A stretch of 63,764 nucleotides of DNA, counting the filler, from Octopus bimaculoides (Eukaryota): NCBI RefSeq assembly GCF_001194135.2. It is 5 parts of 4 records of this genome, joined end to end, with 100 filler letters (N's around TTAATTAATTAA, not from the genome) between each part and the next. Parts side by side here need not be neighbours in the genome. Positions count along the whole stretch, not along the records: positions 37,150 to 57,533 come from NC_068983.1; 4 more parts are not named here. One strand, 5' to 3'. The notes under the pieces were generated by a model. The model was given only the letters and a program-made list of their open reading frames with translations, had not been told where the DNA came from and searched no databases. Below, in pieces: positions 37,050 to 47,955 of the stretch (position 1 is the first letter of the stretch; each line of letters starts with the position of its first letter). The position numbers were made by a program, and so were the translations under genes.

Positions 37050-37149
37050 NNNNNNNNNNNNNNNNNNNNNNNNNNNNNNNNNNNNNNNNNNNNTTAATTA
37101 ATTAANNNNNNNNNNNNNNNNNNNNNNNNNNNNNNNNNNNNNNNNNNNN
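37050..37149. other. Assembly linker N44-TTAATTAATTAA-N44
   Basis: Identical 100-bp marker. Confidence 0.95.
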
Positions 37150-37455
37150 CACGGCGCAGAACATTGGCAAATCTTTTCTTATCTGCTTCCCCTCTGGCTA
37201 AATAAACCTGTCGCCTAGCTTCCCTTCTGGCAGATTGGTACAATTCTCTGCTACCACCGTTCTTCCAGTCCTTCCAAGCCTGTTTCTTTTGTCTAATAGC
37301 CCCGGCTACCTCCTTGTTCCACTACCAGGTTACTCTGGGTCGAGAGGGGACTTTACACCAGCCACAGATCTGGTCGGTGGCTCTCAACAGGTTGTCCCGC
37401 AGAAATCTCCAATTGTCTTCCACGTTGTATGATGCTATATCCCTTTCTATTTCGT
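37150..37455 (-). mobile_element. RTE-type LINE ORF fragment (linker between APE and RT)
   Basis: NVEDNWRFLRDNLLRATDQICGWCKVPSRPRVTW*WNKEVAGAIRQKKQAWKDWKNGGSRELYQSARREARRQV, the typical W..L...A...CG...WWN.EV..AI..KK.AWK pattern with one TGG>TAG stop. Confidence 0.85.
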
Positions 37456-37492
37456 CAAATGCTTCAAGTAACTATATATATATATATATATA

Positions 37493-38437
37493 AAAATTAA
37501 ACAATAGGGTAAAAAATTAGATATTAATTAATATCAATTTAATACCAGGGAACAAGCACATTAAAAGAATCAGGGAGATTCAGAAAAAGTATCTGAGATC
37601 TCAAAGGATTATTGTATATGTATATATAAAAATATATATAAAGGAGGCCACTAGGTGGACTAGTGAAAATTACATAAAGAAATACAATTATCTGTAAACA
37701 TGTTTCGAAATTAATACTTTCTTACCAAAAATATTTGTTTCTCATCAGTACAGACCGTTGGGTAAATACAATTTACAGGATCGCACATTAAGTTGTACGC
37801 CACAAGTGAAGCACGTGTGTACGGTGCTATTAAATTATATTTATGGTAAGATTCAAAAGTCTTCGTTTTTGCGCGCTAAATCCGGAAATATCTCCGCAGA
37901 AAAAAGTTTCCGCATCGAATATACCAACTTTGAGAATTTGGTTATGGTTAATTAAATTAAACAATAGGGTAAAAAATTGGATATTAATTGACATCAATTT
38001 AATACCAGAGTAATATCAATTTAATACCAGGGTATGGTTAATTAATACCAGGGTATGGTTAATTAAATTAAACAATAGGGTAAAAAATTGGATATTAATT
38101 AATATCAATTTAATGCCAGGGAACAAGCACATTAAAAGATATTTTCGTTTAGAAAGTATTAATTTCGAAACATGTTTACAGATAATTGTATTTTTTTATG
38201 TAATTTTCACTAGTCTTGCCTGTTTACGTTCTTTTTTTTTTTGAGACTTATTCGGTCTTAGTAGATACATGACATGTGATCTTCTTCTAGCACATTAGCA
38301 GTCCACCTAGTGGCCTCCTTTATATATATTTTTATATATACATATATAATAATCCTTTGAGATCTCAGATGCTTTCTCTGAATCACACTGATTCTTTTAA
38401 TGTGCTTGTTCCCTGGTATTAAATTGATATTAATTAA
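37493..38437. repeat. Rearranged pLTR-like repeat block with nested inverted and direct copies
   Basis: 37524-37661 is the reverse complement of 38300-38437; about 37660-37722 is the reverse complement of 38151-38214; partial direct copies of aattaaacaatagggtaaaaaatt at 37493, about 37952 and about 38065. Confidence 0.85.
37691..37754 (-). ncRNA. Minimal type I hammerhead ribozyme (Penelope pLTR type), intact core
   Basis: Minus strand: TCTGTA-CTGATGA-GAAA-(27-nt loop)-TTTC-GAAA-CATG-T-T-TACAGA. 6-bp stem I, 4-bp stem II, palindromic ACATGT stem III, GUU cleavage triplet. Confidence 0.8.
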
Positions 38438-38439
38438 AA

Positions 38440-39000
38440 TCCAAATCCTTGTCATCTTTTGCATATAATTTCACATCATCCATGTCGAGCTAGTGTGAGA
38501 TGATCTTGTCAAACATTTTGTAGCCGTAATTTGTTTTATGCAGCTTGTGGGACAAGGGAATGAAGGAAAACAGAAGAGGAGAGGGGAGAGTGAATCGCTC
38601 TGGAATATTCTACGGTCTATTTTGGTGTTCTCTGACACATGCGTGTCTTTCTCGTGGTTGAAAAACAATGTTATGTTCCACATTCCCATACTACTTGTAG
38701 AAAACCTTTTTACGAATGAAGAGATCCGGTAAATATTTAGTGCCCTTAGGATGTGGGACACTGTTAAATGCTTTACAATAATCAATTCATGCTGTGCTAA
38801 GATTTCACTTTTTGGATGATCAATTTTCGAGAATCATACGTTTTATTAATAGCTGGTCTGTGCACTCGTGCGAGTTACATTTGCACCCTTTTTGTTCGAA
38901 TGGAAGAATGTTATTTTGATCGAGAAATCGGTACATCCTTTCGGTGAGGCTGGATGTATTTTGTACATAGTGGTCAACAAGTGGTCGATGTGTAGTCATT
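38440..39000 (-). mobile_element. R4/Dong-like LINE RT core fragment (decayed)
   Basis: LTERMYRFLDQNNILPFEQKGC..DQLLI..IDYCKAFNSVPH..IFQSDSLSPLLFC..MDDVKLYAKDD, across stops and frameshifts. Confidence 0.85.
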
Positions 39001-39074
39001 TTTTTTTTTTTTTGTCAGACGAGTCCATAATGATGATTGCCCAGCTGCTCTCCTTTAATCGGACAACATTTTTT

Positions 39075-39327
39075 TGTCATTTTCAGCTTCCTTAAAGATA
39101 GAAATCAGTTTTTTGTTTTGCTCGTGTTTTGTGGCTATTTGTACCAGCTTTCCTTACTTTTAGAATGAGGTATTTCTGTAATCCTGTGGTGGTTATTTTA
39201 TAATCGTTTTCTAGTTGTTTAAGCCTCTACCGACTGCAGCGTTGTATATATAACCTTTCTATGTCAAATTTTGGGTGGTGCATCCTAAATTCTGTCGTTA
39301 TTTTTCTTGTCTTCCTGTCTAGTTTTA
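39075..39327 (-). mobile_element. R4/Dong-like LINE post-RT (thumb) fragment
   Basis: LDRKTRKITTEFRMHHPKFDIERLY..GRGL.QLENDYKITTTGLQKYL; begins at the (TAA)n array. Confidence 0.8.

Positions 39328-39385
<58 letters not shown>
39328..39385. repeat. (TTA)n microsatellite
   Basis: Read directly. Confidence 0.95.
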
Positions 39386-41465
39386 CTCTTTATCATAGGT
39401 TTTCTTGGAACTCTTGGAGTTTTGCATGCGTAGAGGGCTTACTTCCTGCAGCTTACGGTATCATGCTATCCGTCTTTTCAGCTATCTAATACTTTCCTCA
39501 TCATTCTGGCCGTGCCAAGGAGGCGAACCTTTTGTAAGAGTTCTACTGGGCACTCTATTCCAATTTCCTTTATATTCCCCTTGATACTTTCTTATACTGT
39601 CCCCAAGGACCCAATAATAATTGACAGTCTTCATCTTCATTCTTCATAGCCGGGCTATATCGTACTTATTAGGGTTGTATATATCTATTTTTCGCCTTCT
39701 TTCTCGACTATTCGTGGGGCAAAGAGGCATGCAACATCAATTATATAGCACATGAGATGCCTCTTGTCGACCACCACCATGTCCTGTCTGTTATGCATTA
39801 GGTCTGATCTATTATGCTCTAGCACCTGATCTGTTTGGATTGGAAAATCTCAGAGGATTTTGCTAGTCTCCGACTCCGTCACTCTCTGTGGTTTGTGCTC
39901 ATACGTCTTCCCTCTCTTTAGCTCCCACTTTTCGCACAGTTTCCAATGAAGCAATTTCGCTACCTGATCGTGTCGCCACAACTTGTAGTGGTTTTGGGCA
40001 ATCCTAGGGCATTTGTTTATGATATGAGCAATGGTTTCATCCACTCTCTTACAGATGCGGCACAACGGAGACACTTGCTTATCCAAAGGTCCACCCTCCA
40101 GTTCGTGGTCAAGGCATCGTCTTGCGCTACAAGTATAGTGCTCTCGGTCTCTTTTTTTAGTGTTCCTTTCTTCAGCCAATCCCACCTATTTTTTTCCAGC
40201 AACTTGTGTTGTAGCTACATGGAATCGATTGTGTAGTCCCTTCTTGCGTTATTCTTCTTCGCGTCCTTTTTGTACTTCGTTTTTCCTTTTTTTTCTCTAC
40301 TCTATCGTTCCTCACCGACATTAGCAAGGTCTCCTTACTTTGGTCTAGGTGTCTCATTAAGTTCTCGAGTACTATACGTACACAGTCTTCCACACTTATC
40401 AGTCCCCTTCCTTCTTTTGCTCTTTTCATGTATAGGCGATCAATGTCTGCACGTGGATGATGCACTTCATGCATCGTTAGAAGCTTTCTCGATTTCCTGT
40501 CCATCTCCTTTATCTCCTCCTCTGTCCACTTCAGGATTCCAGCGGCATACTGAACTACTGCGACTGCACGCGAATTTATTGCCGAAATTATGTTTATGGC
40601 ATTCAGCTTTGAAGCCAGTATTTTTCTCATTCGCCGCAGGTACTCTCTTTTTGTCTTTTCCTTCTTGTTATTGCGTTTGATTTCATCTGCCTCAGGTATT
40701 CCCAGGTATTTATAGCTGGATTGAGGTTGAATTGCTTTCATCATCTCACCACATGGCAAGCTATGCCTTCTGTCCTGACAAGCTTTCCTCATCTCATCAC
40801 CATCGTAGCATATTTTGAGAACTCAACTCTATCTTAATATCATTCGAGAAAATCCGGGCAGACTGGACTAGTTTCTTACAAATTCGTCTACGCCAGTATC
40901 GTTCTTCACGTTCTGTTTGTTCCTTTCTTTTGTATCCAACTTTATCTGCAGCAACCATAGATGCAGCCCAAATAATCTTGTTAGTTTCAGTTATATTTCT
41001 CGTCTGGAATAGCCCAAGGACCGAAGTTATCTTTTCGGTTTCAACTTTGAGCTTACGTCGATCAATGTACCTCAGATTAGGGCGATGGGGAGGAGGAGCT
41101 TGATCCTGGCCTTCTTTAATATATCTGCACAGCACCCTCACTATGGTCATCGTATTCTTGTGATATAGCTCGTCCCATTACTTCTGCTTTATTTGCTGGG
41201 AATGACTGTACGTTTACGCTTTGTTCTACGTCTTCACTGCTGCCATTCATTTCTCTGTCCTCGCTGAGCGCGTTATCTGGTGGTGAAGTATTACTTCTAT
41301 TTTCTACTTTCCTTTTTATCTCTTCAATTTCCATGTCTGTTAATCACCCTTTTGCTTTTATTACTCTTGCCTGGTCTGCTAGCAGTTGTTCACTTATTTC
41401 GAAGACTCCTGTTTCATTCCATTTTGCTTTCATGCGTTGTCGGAATCCCCTTCTACCGAGTTCGA
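39386..41465 (-). mobile_element. R4/Dong-clade non-LTR retrotransposon, RT core deleted, flanked by (TAA)n on both sides
   Basis: N-terminal RRGFRQRMKAKW..EQLLADQARVI; RPNLRYIDRRKLK..ITETNKIIWAA..YWRRRI; jumps to YKYLGI..KREYLRRMRKIL..AINSRAV..MDRKSRKLLTMH..HPRADIDRLY..GRGLISVEDCV; zinc knuckle CRICKRVDETIAHIINKCP..RHDQVA; REL nuclease DFPIQTD..HNR.D..IIDVA; C-terminal LLGTARMMRKVL. Confidence 0.93.
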
Positions 41466-41502
41466 TAATATTATTATTATTATTATCATTATCATTATTA
41501 TT

Positions 41503-42039
41503 GAGTGAGAGAGCAGTGCATGCAATCAAGGTGAAAATGGGGTAAATATACGAAGCCCAGTATACCCATCGTGACTACCCGTCTGATAAGGGTACACCAG
41601 GCACATGCATCACAACCATATGTGCGCGACAGAGATCTCATATCAAGATAAACAATGCATGACCTTGCAGATGGGGCCTAGTTAGAATTTTCTTCGGGTC
41701 GAGTAGCCCATCCCGCTCAAAAGGTCCTTGTGTAAGGGTTGTTTAAGAACTTTGAACGAAACACTAATGTTTCCAGAGGTGAATTATACAAACCCCATCA
41801 TAGCTATGATGCTCCTCCACTACTTCTGCTCATGATCAGAGACGCACGTATCGTCAACCACTAAGGGATATGCTCAACTGGTTAAGGTCAAACAACTGAC
41901 AAGAAAATCTGTGGTATTGAGCAGAATATTTGCTGTAGCCCATCTTTTATACCAAGACAAAACAATGTACATGGTAACACTTCCAATTAGTTAACATGAG
42001 AATCCATGAAAGCCACAGCCTGGTGCTGCATCAGGGCAT
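41503..42039 (-). mobile_element. About 540-bp non-coding retro-type element inserted in (TAA)n
   Basis: Bounded on both sides by TTA arrays; its end (..gcactgctctctcactc plus aat repeats on minus) recurs at 25312-25355; no long ORF. Confidence 0.65.
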
Positions 42040-42054
42040 TTATTATTATTATTA

Positions 42055-42103
<49 letters not shown>

Positions 42104-42104
42104 C

Positions 42105-42160
<56 letters not shown>
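42040..42160. repeat. (TTA)n immediately followed by (AAT)n
   Basis: Read directly. Confidence 0.95.
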
Positions 42161-42163
<3 letters not shown>

Positions 42164-42223
42164 AATAATATTACTATTATTATTTCGTCTCTGTATTGAA
42201 CGTTGTTGTTGTTGTTGTTGTTA

Positions 42224-42425
42224 AGGCGCCGAACGGGCAGAATCGTTTGCACTCCAGACATTTCGTCTGTCTTTTTGTTCTGATTTCAAATTCTGCTGAA
42301 GTCGACTTTGCCTTCCAAACTTTCGGAGCCGATAAAATAAGCACCAGTTGTGTACTGAAGTTGATAGAGCTGACTTCCACCCAACCCCTCAAAAACTGTT
42401 GGCACTGAGCAAAAATGCCTGAAAC
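42224..42425 (+). mobile_element. SINE family A
   Basis: aaggcgccgaacgggcagaatcgtt...ttcaaattctgctgaagtcgactttgccttcc...ataagcaccagtt. Confidence 0.75.
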
Positions 42426-43379
42426 AAAGTCAGCGAAAAACACCAAAAGAAACAACAGTAACAATAAACAAAACAACAGTGAATTAATGAACGATATAAA
42501 TAAAACAATACAGAGACGAAATCATCCCTACCATCAAAAGACAGATTGGTAATAAAACTTGAGACAAGCGTATTACTGCGCTCTTGGACGCTTTCCCAAG
42601 AAGTGTTGGAGCTTACTACAAATATTAAGCAACAATACAGAAGTAGAGAGATCTAAGATATATTGACGTATCGTCATTATCTTATATTACTTTCTTATTG
42701 TTATAAATATATTAAAGTATGCATTGGAACTAGTGGATGGTTTTTTTAATACTTAGGTGTATATTATATTTCAATTCTTTTTGTTTTGTTTTTTTGTCCA
42801 ATCCCATTCCTTCTTGTGTGTTCAAAGGATTAAAATGGAACCAGGGATAATAACACTCTTATCCATAATGTCACTGTTTCATGTATAATTAATGTTATTT
42901 TTTTTTTTATATTTTGCATTCATCTTTTAGTAACGACAGCCTAACTGAGCTGATGTCAGGATTAAGTTTAATAACTGAGTAACCAAAAGGCGTTATATGT
43001 ACTGCTTTGGGGATTTACCACGTTTCCATTGCTGCTCTCTGTCAACTATGGACATTTCATTCTGTAGAGATGTGATATCCTTTCTCACACCATATATGGT
43101 CGGTTAATTCTTGGCTTTAACACCTGATAACAATCAAAGATGAGAACAATCAAAACCTAGTGCAGTCGTTTTTTTTACTTTTATCTCTAACGATGAGATT
43201 ACTCATCGCAGCAATTATAATCTTATTAACAACTCATCGCAGACATTTAGATATTTAAGCAACATGAATCCCTTACAGAAATACTTCTGTGATATAAATT
43301 TGGCGATACATAAAGGCTGGACTGTTGCATTTCACAACGGTATCGATTGTTGAAGTATTAGTAGGGGTGTCATTCGCGA

Positions 43380-43771
43380 AGGAATTGGTAGTTGTTGAGG
43401 TGTTAGTGTTGTTAGTAATGTTGTTCGTTGAATTGATTTCGAAGATGACAACGATTAAATTGGTTGCGATGGCGTTGATGGTGGGGAGAATATAAGTGGA
43501 ATAATGATACTGGTGTTATCAATGATGGTGATTTGGATAATGACAAAGATATGCATTAAACTGCATTTACAGTAAGTGGTGAAGATGCTGACGGTGGTAT
43601 TTAGGGTGATGGCAGTTAAATTGGTGAGGGTATGGATAAGGTGGTGGTAATGATGGTTGTAGTGTAGATGGTCATGGTAAGAGCAGTGGAAATGGTTATT
43701 GGGAAAATATGATGATTTTGATGTCGGTGGAGGTGACGGTGACAATAACGGATGATGATGCTCTTGATGGA

Positions 43772-43808
<37 letters not shown>

Positions 43809-44196
43809 NNNNNNNNNNNNNNNNNNNNNNNNNNNNNNNNNNNNNNNNNNNNNNNNNNNNNNNNNNNNNNNNNNNNNNNNNNNNNNNNNNNNNNNNNNNN
43901 NNNNNNNNNNNNNNNNNNNNNNNNNNNNNNNNNNNNNNNNNNNNNNNNNNNNNNNNNNNNNNNNNNNNNNNNNNNNNNNNNNNNNNNNNNNNNNNNNNNN
44001 NNNNNNNNNNNNNNNNNNNNNNNNNNNNNNNNNNNNNNNNNNNNNNNNNNNNNNNNNNNNNNNNNNNNNNNNNNNNNNNNNNNNNNNNNNNNNNNNNNNN
44101 NNNNNNNNNNNNNNNNNNNNNNNNNNNNNNNNNNNNNNNNNNNNNNNNNNNNNNNNNNNNNNNNNNNNNNNNNNNNNNNNNNNNNNNNNNNNNNNN

Positions 44197-44237
<41 letters not shown>

Positions 44238-44420
44238 CAGCAGCGGGAGCAACAGCAGCTGTGTCGGTGGCGGCAGCGGGTTAAATTTTTGTGATTTTGT
44301 GGCGGTATAGTGGTAATTGTAATGGTATACATTGTCATTACAAGCACCGATGTAGTAGTGGCAGCGGCGTCGACGGCGGTGGTCTCGGTGGTGGTGGTCG
44401 TGGTTAATAGTAGCAGAGTT
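43380..44420. repeat. (GTA)n microsatellite and degenerate GAT/GGT low-complexity flanks around a gap
   Basis: Read directly; accounts for poly-S/T/Y/L ORFs. Confidence 0.9.
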
Positions 44421-45245
44421 GTTAATAGCGTTGGTGGCAGTGACGAACTAATTTCCAAATGCGAAGTGCAGCAGACTGCTAAATAGAGAACCAAAAAGCA
44501 TAGTCTAAATCAAAAAAGAAAATCAAAAGTAGTACGAACGCACTGTTGTTATATATAGTCAAAATGTAAATGATAACTAAAAGTATGTGTACGTCTAACA
44601 AAGGGTGTGAAGTGAGGCGGAGAGAATTACATCAAGGGCAATGCTGCTGCACAGTGCTAAGAAAAGTTCGGAGGCTTGAGTACTTCAAAGGCTTAGAATA
44701 TTAAAAGAGCAACTTGGGTGTTACATATTCAAAGGAAGAAAACAGACAACACTCTTCAATTTCACAGAAAAACAAATAAGTTGAAGTGCATTTCAAATAC
44801 GCTACAGGAGTGAGAGAAAGTTAGAGAGAAAAGGGAAGGAGAAAGAGAGAGAAGGGAAGAGAGAGGGTGAGAATGAGAGATCGAAACTGGTAAAACCATT
44901 AGCAAGTAAAACTGTTTAGTGTAAAGGTGGCAAATGACGGTTTCAGCAGACATCCTGTTAGAATGTATAATGTCAGAGTGAGCCTTGCCTGGACGGTCAA
45001 GGTCTCTGAATATTAAAATCACCATCACAGAGTAAGTGAGGACGAGTGTGTGTGTGCGCGTGAGACTGAGGGAGAAAGAAAGAGAGAGAGGGGGCATAAA
45101 AAAAGAACAAGAAAGAGCTGGGAAAGAGGGAAATTTTTTTAAATGTTTGTGTTTGTGAATATTTGCATTTATGTACGTAGATACGGACGACGTGCGTGCA
45201 TGGGCGTGTGTGTGATTGTTTGCAAACCTAAGTGTGTGTGCGTGC

Positions 45246-45670
<425 letters not shown>

Positions 45671-45840
45671 ATAATATATATGTGAATATATTTAGAAGGT
45701 TGTTTGTTGTGGCCAAAGCGCTTAGCTGTATAGGCCACTTGTCAGATTCAAACGAGTTGCCTGTCCAGCTGTGCGCTTTATAGGTACGAAACCAATAGTT
45801 ACTCTCTGACCAGATTTAACAAACAACCTTTTAAATATTT

Positions 45841-46062
45841 ATTTCTTTATTGCCCACAGGGGACTAAACATAGAGGGGACAAACAAGGACAGACAAAGAG
45901 ATTAAGTTGATTACACGAGTCCAGTGCATAACTGGTATTTATTTAATAGACCCCGAAGGGCAAAGTCGACCTCGGCGGAAATTGAACTTAGAACGTAATG
46001 GCAGAAGAAATACCGCTATGGATTTCGCCCGGTGTGCTAACGATTCTGCCAGCTCGCCACCT
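45841..46062 (-). mobile_element. SINE family A with 12-bp target-site-duplication-like flanks
   Basis: Head reverse complement ggtggcgagctggcagaatcgttagcacaccgggcgaaat; cttttaaatatt at 45829-45840 and 46070-46081. Confidence 0.85.
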
Positions 46063-46214
46063 TGACAATCTTTTAAATATTACTACTCTAATGAGTGTGG
46101 GGTTTTTTTCGGGTATATGAATTATTACAAAAGAATGGAAATTATATAATCATATTTATTGACTTACAGCTGTCTGCTCTGTAAGGTCCTTCAGTATATT
46201 GTTTTTGTAACAAC

Positions 46215-46570
46215 GTTTTGATGCATAGGGAGGTATTATCCTGATGACGTTTTGGGGCAGCTACTAATCACATGTGAGATGTCTACCACAAAAATATGAC
46301 ATAATCGGCTGCATCCTGGAGTTCCAAGGGCATCACTGTCTCTTTTGTTTATTAAGTATTTCGTAGCAATCTCCTGGTCTTAGATTGCAAATGCATAGCC
46401 TTCGCAGTGAAATAGGATGTAACGGTCACGAGTCCAAGAAAGGCTACGCTTCACGTTGATATTACTGTCTTTTTTTCGAGTCTTCGGGAAACATAACCAT
46501 GCGCACACACTTTTTGTTAAGTTGAGCGTTTTACATTCAGATCTTCTTTGTATGTATGTCTCTTCTTTTT
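46215..46570 (-). mobile_element. REL-endonuclease LINE (R4-like) zinc-knuckle fragment
   Basis: FHCEGYAFAI*DQEIATKYLINKRDSDA..CSRLCHIFVVDISHVISSCPK. Confidence 0.75.
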
Positions 46571-47517
46571 TTTTAATTATTATAAATCTTCCACTGAGGA
46601 GGGAGCCGGTTTCCAACAAAGATACAAGGCTCCATCTTTGGGATGTATGTATGTATGTAGGTAAGATATAGATTGTTTGGAATTCAATGAAATCATTAAA
46701 AATGAAAAGAAAGTATTGGAAAATTCGTGTATTTTTAATACATTGTGAGCTTAATTATTTCAATTTATTTCCATTTCTTTCAGTGAGTGTATTTACTGTG
46801 TTATTTTTTTTTTAAGATAGTAAGCTATTTTTAGTTCCTATTCTTATATATAAAAGACATACGGTATGTGTACTTGTGTGTGTGTATCCTTGCGTCATGT
46901 AATTGCATATATTTTTGAATTTCCAGTCCTGTGTTGGAATTACTTTTTCTGTCCTGCGTATTTAAAAAACGTATGTTTATCATACACAAGTGCATATATA
47001 TCTACATGTACACTTATACGATTCTATCTATTAAATTCACATATTCCGAAATCACTGGAACTGCTTCCACTCAAAGAATCCTTATCATTTTATAAGTGAC
47101 TAACTTAGAGCCATCGTAGAACATTAATCTTCAAGAATGGCATACACAGATGCACACGTTACACACACACACATACACACTCGCAAACATTGGAAAACAA
47201 TTCAAAAGAATTTATATTTTGTTTGTTACTAGATCTGCTCGAATGTTATGCATTTAACTAGGGAACGAAATCGAAAATATAATCTTATCCTTTAACATAA
47301 TGTAACAATGTTATGAAGGCTTTTAAATTTACGCCTCATAGGTGAAATAAGAACATTTATAAAACATAATATTTCCCCAGGTCGAGCAAGCAGTTATAAT
47401 CTGTTAAAAAGTGCATCTTTTTACCACGTAAGTAGTAGTGTGAACCCTGGTATTTTATTTCGAGGAAACTTTAGAAAATGATATTATTGAACTTGTTTTG
47501 TTTGCTGAAATTTTAAT

Positions 47518-47738
47518 ATTGGTTTCAAATTTGGCACTTTCCCGAAGTTGCTGGCAACTTCTGGAAAGTGAATGCGTCAATTACATCGACCCCAGTGCTC
47601 AACTCCTATGTTATCGATCCTGAAAGGATGAAAAGTAATGTTGACCTCGGCGGAATTAGAACTCAGAACGTAAAGACAGACCAAATGCTGCTGAGCCTTT
47701 TGCCCGGCGTGCTTACGATTCAGCCAGCTCGCCGCCTT
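47518..47738 (-). mobile_element. SINE family A (left arm of head-to-head pair)
   Basis: Head reverse complement aaggcggcgagctggctgaatcgtaagcacgccgggc; tail reverse complement gtgccaaatttgaaaccaat. Confidence 0.85.
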
Positions 47739-47753
47739 ATGTTAAAGTATATC

Positions 47754-47955
47754 AAAGCGGTGAGCTGGGAGAATTGTTAGCACGCCGAGTAACATGTTTA
47801 GTCCGTCTTTAAGTTCTGAGTTCAAATGCCACCGGGGTCAACTTTGTCTTTCATCCTTTCAGGATCGATAAAATAAGTATACCAATTGAGCACTGGGGTT
47901 GACGTAATCGTCTAACTCCGAACTTGCTGGTCTTGTGCCAAAATTTGAAACCAAT
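47754..47955 (+). mobile_element. SINE family A (right arm of head-to-head pair)
   Basis: aaagcggtgagctgggagaattgttagcacgccg...gttcaaatgccaccggggtcaac...gtgccaaaatttgaaaccaat. Confidence 0.85.

Noticed and set aside
39010-39075. Short piece resembling the Penelope DKG..VIMD motif
   Set aside because: Too short and needs frameshifts.
45696-45830. 13-21-bp inverted repeat around about 110 bp
   Set aside because: AT-rich and short, with no TSD or second copy.
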